This document shows, one piece after another, positions 28,233 through 36,799 of a stretch of DNA of 64,000 bases. The stretch lies in the NCBI GenBank assembly GCA_001768235.1, contig MENK01000003.1, forward strand, positions 85,791-149,790, given 5' to 3'. Origin of the DNA: Bacteroidetes bacterium GWB2_32_14. Its GTDB lineage: Bacteria; Bacteroidota; Bacteroidia; Bacteroidales; UBA12077. Both the position numbers and the translations under genes were made by a program. The notes under the pieces were generated by a model. It saw only the letters and a list, made by a program, of their open reading frames with translations, was not told the origin of the DNA and made no database searches. Within the stretch, counting starts at the first letter, position 1; each line of letters opens with the position of its first letter.

Positions 28233-29246
28233 TCAAACCACATTCACTTCCATTTCCAACTCAATACCAAATTGATTATTAACAGATTTTTGTATTTCGC
28301 GGGCTAAATAAAGCACTTCAGCACCTGTTGCATTTCCCCTATTTATCAAAACAAGCGCTTGTTTATTGTGAACCGCAGCATTTCCGATGTTTTTACCTTT
28401 CCAGCCAGCCTGTTCTATTAACCATCCCGCGGGAATTTTTACGTTATTGTTGCTTTGTTTAAAGTTAGGTACATCCTGATATTGTTGCCTTATTTTTTCA
28501 AATACTGCTTCTTTGACCTCAGGGTTCTTAAAAAAACTGCCTGCATTACCGGTTTCTTCTGGTTTTGGAAGCTTTGAGTTACGAATATCAATTACGGCAT
28601 TTCGAATATTCTTTAAATTTATAGATTCATATTTCTGCAGTTCCTCGTTTAAATTACCATAATTGAGCTTATATTCATGATTCTTATTAAATTTGAAATG
28701 AACATACGTTATTACCTGTTTCCCTTTTAAATCATGCTTAAAAATACTTTCACGGTACCCAAACCTGCATTCGGTATTTGCAAATTCCTGTTTCCTTAAT
28801 GATTCAATATCAATGGTTTCAACTTTTAAAATAACATCTTTTACCTCAACACCATAAGCCCCGATATTTTGAATAGGGCAAGTGCCAACGAAACCAGGAA
28901 TCAAAGAAAGATTTTCAACACCTCCCCAGTTTCTGTTTACACAATATTCTACAAACGAATCCCAATTTTCCCCTGCACCAACACGCAAATCAACAGAATC
29001 ATCTGTTTCATTAATTATTTCTATTCCACAAATAGTTGGTTGTATAATCAATCCATTAAAATTTTTAGTAAAAAGAATATTGCTTCCGCCTCCAATAACC
29101 ATCAAAGGAATATTCTTGTTTTTATGTATTAATAATAGTTCTTTTAATTCTTCTTCGTTTGAGAAAGATGCGAAATAGCGGCAATTGATATCAAAACCAA
29201 AAGTATTGTATTTTTTTAAAGAGAAATTTTCTTTGATTTCAATCAT
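28233..29246 (-). CDS. murB: UDP-N-acetylmuramate dehydrogenase
   Basis: 337 aa. FAD-binding pattern (L..YNTF......RYF......EEL......N..P..V.GGGSN.LF) and the MurB C-terminal domain (AGW.IEQAGWKG..IG.A.VH..QALVL.N.G.ATG.E). Confidence 0.9.
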   Translation of the reverse strand: MIEIKENFSLKKYNTFGFDINCRYFASFSNEEELKELLLIHKNKNIPLMVIGGGSNILFTKNFNGLIIQPTICGIEIINETDDSVDLRVGAGENWDSFVEYCVNRNWGGVENLSLIPGFVGTCPIQNIGAYGVEVKDVILKVETIDIESLRKQEFANTECRFGYRESIFKHDLKGKQVITYVHFKFNKNHEYKLNYGNLNEELQKYESINLKNIRNAVIDIRNSKLPKPEETGNAGSFFKNPEVKEAVFEKIRQQYQDVPNFKQSNNNVKIPAGWLIEQAGWKGKNIGNAAVHNKQALVLINRGNATGAEVLYLAREIQKSVNNQFGIELEMEVNVV

Positions 29247-29303
29247 AACTTAGTATTTTTATTGCCAAAGATACGGATTGAAATGTGAATATTTTATAAT
29301 CTG

Positions 29304-30443
29304 ATGTTTAGAAAAACTAAAATGAAAAAAACAAAACAGATTTACCTTGCAGTAACAAACGACCTTGTAACCGATAATCGTGTACATAAAATTGCCAGCA
29401 CACTTCTAAAATCAGGTTGCAAGGTAACACTTATTGGTCGGATTAAGTCTGATAAAACACCATTAACCAACCGGCAATACTCAACAATTCGATTCAGGAT
29501 GATATTTAAAAAAGGCTTTTTGTTTTACAAAACGTTCAACATCCGGTTATTCTTTTTTTTACTTTTTCACAGGTTCGATATTGTTGTAGCTAATGATCTG
29601 GATTCTTTGCCGGCATGCTTTCTTGCTGCCCTTTTAAAACGAAAAAAGCTGGTGTATGATAGTCATGAATATTTTACAGAAGTCCCCGAACTGGTTCATC
29701 GTAAATTTCCAAAAAAGGTTTGGCAAATCATTGAACGATTATTCCTGCCATGGATTAAATATTCATATACTGTTTCAGAATCGATTGCCGAAACCTATAA
29801 CTCGAAATATGGTATTGACATGAAAGTGGTGCGAAACGTACCTTATAGTGTTCAAAATATAATATCCGATCAATCAGCTCATACTGATAAATGGTTAATC
29901 CTTTACCAGGGATCGTTGAATCTGGGGCGTGGCCTGGAACAATTAATCGATGCCATGTTGTTTATTGAAAATGCCCGGCTTAAAATTATTGGCGATGGAG
30001 ATATAGTAAATAAATTAAAAGAAAGAGTTATTCAGCTCGGGTTGAAAGAAAAGGTAGAAATCACTGGGAGAATACCTTTTGAGCAACTTTTCGAAGAAAC
30101 CATTCATGCCGACTTAGGAATTGCTCTTGAAGAAAATATAGGGTTAAATTATTATTACGCGCTTCCAAATAAGCTGTTTGATTATATTCAGGCGAGAATT
30201 CCTGTTTTAGTTTCACCGTTCCCGGAAATGCAAAAGATTGTACGAAAATATGATATTGGAACAGTTTACGACCACAAAGATCCACAATCTCTTGCAAATA
30301 AAATCAATGAAATTTTTGAACTTAAAAACCGCCACCAAAAGTGGAAAGGAAACACGGAAAAAGCTGCATCAGAACTTTGTTGGGAAAACGAAGAAAAAAT
30401 CCTGATGAAAATTTATACTCAGGTTGGATTAAATTTTAATTAA
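29304..30443 (+). CDS. glycosyltransferase (GT4/GT1-type)
   Basis: 379 aa (an alternative ATG at 29322 is possible). C-terminal GT-B pattern: L.I.GDG.....L........L...V...G.........ADLG......N......PNKLF.Y. Confidence 0.8.
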   Translation: MFRKTKMKKTKQIYLAVTNDLVTDNRVHKIASTLLKSGCKVTLIGRIKSDKTPLTNRQYSTIRFRMIFKKGFLFYKTFNIRLFFFLLFHRFDIVVANDLDSLPACFLAALLKRKKLVYDSHEYFTEVPELVHRKFPKKVWQIIERLFLPWIKYSYTVSESIAETYNSKYGIDMKVVRNVPYSVQNIISDQSAHTDKWLILYQGSLNLGRGLEQLIDAMLFIENARLKIIGDGDIVNKLKERVIQLGLKEKVEITGRIPFEQLFEETIHADLGIALEENIGLNYYYALPNKLFDYIQARIPVLVSPFPEMQKIVRKYDIGTVYDHKDPQSLANKINEIFELKNRHQKWKGNTEKAASELCWENEEKILMKIYTQVGLNFN

Positions 30444-31505
30444 TTATCTGTAAATCTTTTCCTTATTCAATGCCCGTTGATAAAGACGGGCATTTATATT
30501 GTGCTGCTCCAGAGTTTTTGCAAAGCTATGATAACCCGAAAAATCTGCTTTTGCACAAAAGTAAAGATAATCATGTTCTTTAAAATTTAACACGGCATCA
30601 ATAGCTTCAATAGAAGGAACAGAAATTGGGCCCGGAGGCAAACCATAATATTTATAAGTATTATAAGGCGATTCCGTTTCCAGGTGTGTTTTTAAAATAC
30701 GCTTTACAGTAAAATCGCCAATTGCATATTTTATCGTGGGATCAGCCTGAAGAGGTATTCGTTTTCTTAACCGGTTAATATATACTCCGGCAATATCGTC
30801 CATTTCATCTTTTCTAAACGTTTCTTCATCAACAATTGATGCAATAGTAATCACATCTTCTTTTGTCAGGTTAAGTGTTTTTGCTTTCGACAATCTATTT
30901 TCATTCCAGAATGTTACATATTCTTTATGCATACGCTCAATAAATTTCTCTGCAGACGTATTCCACCAGAATTCATACGTGTTCGGAACAAAAATACAAG
31001 TAATTGTTTTTGTTGTTAAGCCATACTTTTGTACAAAAACGGGATCATTCAATAACCTTATTATTGAAATTGAATCAGCCTCAATTTGCCTGGATATTTT
31101 ACCAGCAAGTTGTTCTTTTGTACGGATGTTATTAAAAACAACTTTTACAGGTTCCTGTTTTCCCGAACGAAGAATATCAAGTAACTTATTATTATTCATT
31201 TGGTTAGTTAATTTATATCTTCCCGGATGAATACGATTCCTGTAATTTTTCTTTTCAGCCAGCCGTTCAAATGAATTTCTATTTACTATATAATTCTTCT
31301 TGTAAAGAATATTTACAACATCTTCAAGTGTAGAACCTGTAGGTATATATAAATAAGCCGTTTCGGACTCTTTTAAAATAACATTGGGTTGGTAAATCCG
31401 TTTGTAACTTGTATAAAAAAAGAATATCATAAAAATCAGAACTATCACAAGGATTGAAATTATTACTTTAACAAATAATGATAATTCATTTTTCTTCTTT
31501 GCCAT
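30444..31505 (-). CDS. mltG: endolytic murein transglycosylase MltG (YceG-like)
   Basis: The track start at 31535 is TTG. The ATG at 31505 gives MAKKKNELSLF followed by a TM helix. YceG motifs LASIVDEET....E...IAGVY.NRL.....LQADPT..Y and SPYNTY...GLPPGPI..P. Confidence 0.85.
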   Translation of the reverse strand: MAKKKNELSLFVKVIISILVIVLIFMIFFFYTSYKRIYQPNVILKESETAYLYIPTGSTLEDVVNILYKKNYIVNRNSFERLAEKKNYRNRIHPGRYKLTNQMNNNKLLDILRSGKQEPVKVVFNNIRTKEQLAGKISRQIEADSISIIRLLNDPVFVQKYGLTTKTITCIFVPNTYEFWWNTSAEKFIERMHKEYVTFWNENRLSKAKTLNLTKEDVITIASIVDEETFRKDEMDDIAGVYINRLRKRIPLQADPTIKYAIGDFTVKRILKTHLETESPYNTYKYYGLPPGPISVPSIEAIDAVLNFKEHDYLYFCAKADFSGYHSFAKTLEQHNINARLYQRALNKEKIYR

Positions 31506-31706
31506 GTAAGCTAATTTTTGAATTTTAAAAAACAAAAATAGGTTTATTTTGTTTTTATTACTTTAAAGATTTTGATTAATTATGTATAAAATTTAACAAT
31601 AGGTCAATCTTTTTTGTTTATATTTATAAATAAATTGTAAATTAGTATGATTTTTTACTTTTTAAGATAAATTTTATAAATTGGGTAAAAAGCAATAAAT
31701 TCTCTT

Positions 31707-32075
31707 ATGAAAGATTTAATAATAAAAGAAACTGAAAAGACTCCTTCCGTAGCATTAGGTACTAATGGTGTTTTAAAAATCGAGGGAAGATCAATACCAG
31801 AGGATGCCGCAAAGTTTTTTAAACCAATTCTCGATTGGACAAAAGAATACACTTCAAATGAAATTCGTATAGATATTAAACTTGAATATTTTAATACCAG
31901 CTCTTCAAAGTTTATTCTTGAAATGCTACGCACAATCGAAAACAACCCGAACAACAGCAATGTGGTTGTTAACTGGTTTTATGAAGAAGGTGATTTAGAT
32001 GTTCTGGAATCCGGCCAGTACTTTGAATCCATAATCGGGATTCCTTTCAAATACATCGAGTACGAAGAATTATAA
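31707..32075 (+). CDS. DUF1987 domain protein (SiaC-like partner-switch phosphoprotein family)
   Basis: 122 aa. The pattern KTPSV......G.L.IEGRSIPEDA..FF.PI.DW...Y..........K.EYFNTSSSK.I.E.L matches the DUF1987/SiaC family as I remember it. Confidence 0.7.
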   Translation: MKDLIIKETEKTPSVALGTNGVLKIEGRSIPEDAAKFFKPILDWTKEYTSNEIRIDIKLEYFNTSSSKFILEMLRTIENNPNNSNVVVNWFYEEGDLDVLESGQYFESIIGIPFKYIEYEEL

Positions 32076-32100
32076 AAGCTCTTATTAAAAGGGCTTTTTT
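32074..32100 (+). terminator. candidate terminator/attenuator after the DUF1987 gene
   Basis: Stem 32078-32083 / 32089-32094 (gctctt / aagggc, one G-U pair), extendable through A/T arms, followed by tttttt (32095-32100). Overlaps the stop codon. Confidence 0.45.
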
Positions 32101-32195
32101 AAGCTATATTCATTTTTATTAATTAACAAATTCACGTTCTCCGTAATCTTTTGATATTACTGTATTTGCTGATATTATTTAAATTGTAAATTATC

Positions 32196-34034
32196 ATGTT
32201 ACAAAAAAAGATTGATATTGTAGTTGTAATTAAAAATTCGAATCTTGTAACCGAAATTCAAAAACAATTTAACCCGGATTCATATAATTTAAACATCTTT
32301 TTTAGTGGTAAAGAAGCATATTCATTTTTAATAAATAGCAATTCATCAAACCTGATAGTTATTCTAAACAATAATTTACCTGAATTAAAGGGCCTTGAGC
32401 TTGCAAGAATATTAAAAAAGGAGGAAAAATCATTTTCATTTATCTTTTTAATAGATGAAACTATTGATAAACAAATAATTGAAACTATCCGAACCGAATC
32501 ATTTTATTTTATTAATCAAACATCCGATTTCAAAAAAGAATTAATTCCATTAATTCACGAGATAGAAAATCAAAAATCGAAACAAATTGAAGACGATGCT
32601 TTAAAATTTGAATTTGAGAATTATAAAAAACGAATACAGGATCTCGAGCGTGATGTTGATTTTTATGTTAAACAAGGCGATATAATAACCAAGCAAAGAA
32701 CAAAAATCCAGAAAGAAAGAGACCAACTAGCGATTGAAAAATCTGAAATTGCAAAACAAAAAGAATTAATGGAAACTGATTTGCAATTTATTATGAAACA
32801 GGGAGATAAAATTGCAGAACAAAAACATAAAATAAAAATCCAACACGACCTTGTTCAACAACAAAAACAAAAAATTACAGATAGTATTGTATATGCCAAA
32901 CGAATACAATCTGCTATATTGCCGCCCAACCGGTTTATACAACATCTGTTAGCCGAACATTTTATTTTTTATAAACCACGCGATATTGTAAGTGGGGACT
33001 TTTACTGGATTAAACAGGTTGATAATCGTATTTGCATTGCTGCAGCCGATTGTACAGGCCACGGAGTACCTGGAGCACTTATGAGTATGCTTGGAATAAC
33101 ATTTTTAAATGAAATCATAAATAAAGATCCAAAAATCAGAGCCAATGAAATATTAAATGAGCTTAGAACACATGTTATCAGTTCATTAAGACAAACCGGA
33201 AAAACAGGTGAAAGTCGCGACGGAATGGATATTGCTCTCTGCATTATCAATCATGACTCAAAAACACTTGAGTTTGCCGGTGCAAATAATCACCTGTATA
33301 TGATTCGCGATGGAGAACTTACCGAGATTAAGGCAGACCGGATGCCTATTGGTATTCACCAAAGAGCTAAAGAACCTTTTACAAACAACGAGATAAAACT
33401 CGAAAAAGATGACCTGATTTATATCTTTTCAGATGGTTTTGTCGATCAATTCGGGGGCCCCGATGGCCGAAAATTCTTAGCAACCAATTTTAAAAAACTT
33501 TTATTGGAAAATCATCAGGAACATTTGACTGATCAAAAACAAATTCTCGAAAATACCTTTGAAAACTGGCGTGGTGAATTTAAGCAGCTCGACGATATTC
33601 TTGTTATTGGTTTCAAAATTGCCTTTACCAAATCGTACCCGAAATCAAAAGATAGTTACGATTGGGAAGGAAAAGTAATTCTGATTGCAGAAGATGATGA
33701 AGCCAATTACATGTTACTTGAACGGGCATTGTCAAAAACAAAAGCCACACTTATAAGAGCTGAAAATGGTAAAGAAGCAGTCAAAATTTTTAAATCAATT
33801 CCCGGAATTGATGTTATTTTAATGGATATTCGGATGCCTTTAATGGATGGTATTGAAGCAACACAGGAGATTAAGGAAATAGACAGTAAGATTCCGATTA
33901 TTGTTCAAACAGCTTTTACCATGTCGAGCGAAAAAGAAAAAAGCTTTAAAGCGGGATGCGATGATTACATTTCCAAACCAATTAACCTGAAAGAACTTTT
34001 AGCTACAGTAAGCAAATACATCGACAGAGAATAA
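32196..34034 (+). CDS. multidomain PP2C (SpoIIE/RsbU-type) protein phosphatase: degenerate receiver - coiled coil - PP2C - canonical receiver
   Basis: 612 aa. The N-terminal REC-like fold has Asn at the acceptor position (LIVILNNNLPELKG). Coiled coil about aa 130-230. PP2C motifs SGDFYW, AAADCTGHGVPGA, DGMDIAL, FSDGFVDQ, DDILVIGF. The C-terminal receiver has EDDE, ILMDIRMP, VQTA and ISKP. Confidence 0.85.
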   Translation: MLQKKIDIVVVIKNSNLVTEIQKQFNPDSYNLNIFFSGKEAYSFLINSNSSNLIVILNNNLPELKGLELARILKKEEKSFSFIFLIDETIDKQIIETIRTESFYFINQTSDFKKELIPLIHEIENQKSKQIEDDALKFEFENYKKRIQDLERDVDFYVKQGDIITKQRTKIQKERDQLAIEKSEIAKQKELMETDLQFIMKQGDKIAEQKHKIKIQHDLVQQQKQKITDSIVYAKRIQSAILPPNRFIQHLLAEHFIFYKPRDIVSGDFYWIKQVDNRICIAAADCTGHGVPGALMSMLGITFLNEIINKDPKIRANEILNELRTHVISSLRQTGKTGESRDGMDIALCIINHDSKTLEFAGANNHLYMIRDGELTEIKADRMPIGIHQRAKEPFTNNEIKLEKDDLIYIFSDGFVDQFGGPDGRKFLATNFKKLLLENHQEHLTDQKQILENTFENWRGEFKQLDDILVIGFKIAFTKSYPKSKDSYDWEGKVILIAEDDEANYMLLERALSKTKATLIRAENGKEAVKIFKSIPGIDVILMDIRMPLMDGIEATQEIKEIDSKIPIIVQTAFTMSSEKEKSFKAGCDDYISKPINLKELLATVSKYIDRE

Positions 34035-34057
34035 AAAACCGGGAATACCCGGTTTTT
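34033..34057. terminator. bidirectional Rho-independent terminator
   Basis: Sequence aaaaaa-ccggg-aata-cccgg-ttttt. Lies between the convergent phosphatase (+) and aminotransferase (-) genes. Confidence 0.65.
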
Positions 34058-35252
34058 ATTTCAATTTATCAAGTGCCGTTTTTAAACGTTTCATAGCTTC
34101 AACAAGCTTTTCGTCGGAAGTAGCATAAGAAAACCGAATGTAATCGGGTGATCCAAAAGCACAACCAGGAACAAGAGCTACATGAGCATTCTCAAGCAAG
34201 TACAGGCACAACTCATTTGCATTATGAACAGTTGTTTTTCCATCAGATTTTCCAAAATAATAACTTGCTTTGGGGAATAAATAAAACGCTCCGTCAGGAA
34301 TATTATATTGTAATCCTTTAATTTCTTTTACAAGACTAATTACTAAATCGCGTCTTCGTTTAAATGCCGAAACCATTTCAGTAATACAAGAGCTATCAGA
34401 ATTTAATGCTGCAACAGAAGCCATTTGCGAAATAGATGAAGCCCCCGATGTTGTTTGTCCCTGAATCTTATCACATGCTTTGGCAATCCACTTTGGAGCG
34501 GCAATATACCCTATTCTCCATCCGGTCATTGCATATCCTTTCGATACACCATTTACAATAATTACTTTATCCCGAATAAAATCGAATTGGGCAATACTTT
34601 CGTGTTTGCCAATAAAATTAATGTGTTCATAAATCTCATCTGATATAATATAAATATCATTTTTAGCTTTTGCAACAACTTCAGCAATTGCCTTTAGTTC
34701 ATCTTTTGAATATAAACTACCTGTTGGATTTGATGGAGAGCATAAAAATAAAACCTTCGTTTTTGATGTTATTGCCTTTTGAAGCTGCTCAGGGGTAATC
34801 TTAAAGTCATTATCAATTGTTGTTGGCACTTCAATGCTTTTACCTTCAGCTAATTTAACCATTTCAATATAACTTACCCAATAAGGTGCAGGAATAATCA
34901 CTTCATCACCTTTATTTACCAACGACAAAATTACATTTGCCAATGAATGTTTTGCCCCGCACGATACAACAATCTGGTCAGTTGCATAATCCAAATTATT
35001 TTCTCGTTTTAACTTTGCAGAAATCGCTTTTAACAATTCCGGATACCCTGGAACTGGCGAGTAATGTGAATAATTATCATTAATAGCTTTTATTGCCGCA
35101 TCTTTTATATGTTGAGGTGTATTAAAATCGGGTTCTCCAACACTCAGGTTTATTACATCAAATCCTTTAGCCTGAAGTTCACGGCTCTTTTTACTCATTT
35201 CCAGTGTTTGCGAAATAGCCAAGCTGGATACTCGCTCTGATACATTTTCCAT
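34056..35252 (-). CDS. pyridoxal-phosphate-dependent aminotransferase (aspartate aminotransferase class I)
   Basis: The track start at 35294 is TTG. The ATG at 35252 gives MENVSERVSSLAISQT. Contains INLSVGEPDF.TP, NPTG and the PLP-lysine context NGVSKGYAMTGWR.GY. Confidence 0.85.
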   Translation of the reverse strand: MENVSERVSSLAISQTLEMSKKSRELQAKGFDVINLSVGEPDFNTPQHIKDAAIKAINDNYSHYSPVPGYPELLKAISAKLKRENNLDYATDQIVVSCGAKHSLANVILSLVNKGDEVIIPAPYWVSYIEMVKLAEGKSIEVPTTIDNDFKITPEQLQKAITSKTKVLFLCSPSNPTGSLYSKDELKAIAEVVAKAKNDIYIISDEIYEHINFIGKHESIAQFDFIRDKVIIVNGVSKGYAMTGWRIGYIAAPKWIAKACDKIQGQTTSGASSISQMASVAALNSDSSCITEMVSAFKRRRDLVISLVKEIKGLQYNIPDGAFYLFPKASYYFGKSDGKTTVHNANELCLYLLENAHVALVPGCAFGSPDYIRFSYATSDEKLVEAMKRLKTALDKLK

Positions 35253-35453
35253 TGTTTTCAGTTTTATATTGGTTGTTGATTCTGTTTTTTCCAATATGTT
35301 ATAAATTTTAGTAATTTTGATTCAGCTTATTGCTATAAAATGCGAATAGCTTTAACAAGTAGCAAATATAAAACTTTTTAAAGTATTAATTTGTGTTGTA
35401 AAACAACATAACCGAAACTGAAATTGATCTTAACCTAATAAAAATGAATTACC

Positions 35454-35975
35454 ATGAATGAAATTCTTGAGATTTTAAAATACACAATACCCGCATTGGT
35501 AGTTTTCTTAACCTCATGGATAGTTTTAAAAACATTGATAAAAAATGAAGAACAAAGAAACCGGTACGAAATACTATCCAAAACACAAAGAGTGATTACC
35601 CCAGTAAGATTGCAGGCATACGAGCGAATGACAATTTTACTTGAACGCATATCTCCTGAAGCACTAATAATGCGAACAAACAACCCGGCATTAACCGCAA
35701 AGCAATTTCAAACAGAGCTTATGTCTGTCATACGTTCCGAATTCGATCATAATGTAGCTCAGCAAATATATATATCAACAGAAGCCTGGGAATTAATAAA
35801 AAATGCAAAAGCAAATGTTATTCAATTGATAAATTCAACTGCTTTAAAATTAAATCCAGAAGCTCAATCAATAATTTTAAGCAGGATGATTCTGGAAGAA
35901 CTGATGAAAGAAGAAAAATCGCCAGTTACTCATGCAATGGATTTTTTAAAAAATGAAATCAGGCAACTATTCTAA
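35454..35975 (+). CDS. hypothetical membrane-anchored protein
   Basis: 173 aa. One N-terminal TM (YTIPALVVFLTSWIVL) followed by a helical region. No family recognised. Confidence 0.6.
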   Translation: MNEILEILKYTIPALVVFLTSWIVLKTLIKNEEQRNRYEILSKTQRVITPVRLQAYERMTILLERISPEALIMRTNNPALTAKQFQTELMSVIRSEFDHNVAQQIYISTEAWELIKNAKANVIQLINSTALKLNPEAQSIILSRMILEELMKEEKSPVTHAMDFLKNEIRQLF

Positions 35976-35996
35976 TTGATTAATAAATAACAACTT

Positions 35997-36704
35997 CTAT
36001 CTTTTTATAATGTAAAAATACATTCCTGTAGTTAACATAAAGCTTTTATTTAAAGCCTTTTCCGGGGGTAATTCGTTTACATTTAACCTTGTATCTCCAT
36101 TGCTTAGGTTATACCGGTTATCAACAGTTCCGTTATCAATATTGATTAACCCCTGGCAATACCTAAAATCGAGGAAGATATCTGCTTTCCGGTTAAATCT
36201 ACCCTGCACACCTACTCCGGCAATAAACCCCGCATCAAATGCAGATAAGTTTGGTTTAATATCTTCGTTAATTTTTTCATTCACTTCAAATTTCTCATAA
36301 GTTCCTGTTGTTTTAGCAGACAATAAATATGAACCATAACCACCGCCATAGACATATATTTCGGGATCTTTAGAAAACGCAAACTTCGCAAATAACGGGA
36401 TACTTATATAATTAAGGCTGGTTTTTAATTCGTACCCATCGAAATTTCCACCTTTGATTTCAAAGTTTAGTTCACTATTAATTGATATTTTGGGTGAGAA
36501 AAAAAGTGCCCCGGTAATCCCTATCTGGGGCATAATTATTTTTGCATATGGATCAATAACATTGTCGCCATCAATTGTAGATAACAATATGCCTCCTTTT
36601 ATTCCATAAGTTGGCGAATTATGGGGGTTTTGTGATCTTATACTACCTGCAAATGATAGAATAAAAACAAAAGTTAAAATATATAAATGATTTCCCAACC
36701 GCAT
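35997..36704 (-). CDS. outer-membrane beta-barrel (porin-family/PorT-like) protein
   Basis: 235 aa. Signal peptide, then alternating beta-strand pattern with G-rich turns (YGIKGG..LST..G; GGGYGSYLLSA; AGFIAGVGVQ). Confidence 0.7.
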   Translation of the reverse strand: MRLGNHLYILTFVFILSFAGSIRSQNPHNSPTYGIKGGILLSTIDGDNVIDPYAKIIMPQIGITGALFFSPKISINSELNFEIKGGNFDGYELKTSLNYISIPLFAKFAFSKDPEIYVYGGGYGSYLLSAKTTGTYEKFEVNEKINEDIKPNLSAFDAGFIAGVGVQGRFNRKADIFLDFRYCQGLINIDNGTVDNRYNLSNGDTRLNVNELPPEKALNKSFMLTTGMYFYIIKR

Positions 36705-36732
36705 TGACTAATTTTTAAAAAATCTAAATTAC

Positions 36733-36774
36733 AAAAAAAATAAATAAGAAAAGCCTGCCAACTTATTGACAGGC
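36733..36774 (-). terminator. terminator after htpG
   Basis: Minus strand: gcctgtca-ataagt-tggcaggc (8 bp, 1 mismatch) followed by ttttcttatttatttttttt. Confidence 0.55.
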
Positions 36775-36799
36775 AATTGTAATGTATTTTAACCCTGAA

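Noticed and set aside
31655-31960. 101-aa minus-strand ORF overlapping the DUF1987 gene.
   Set aside because: It is antisense to a gene with a clear family signature. Its translation is low-complexity, and no start context or homology was recognisable.
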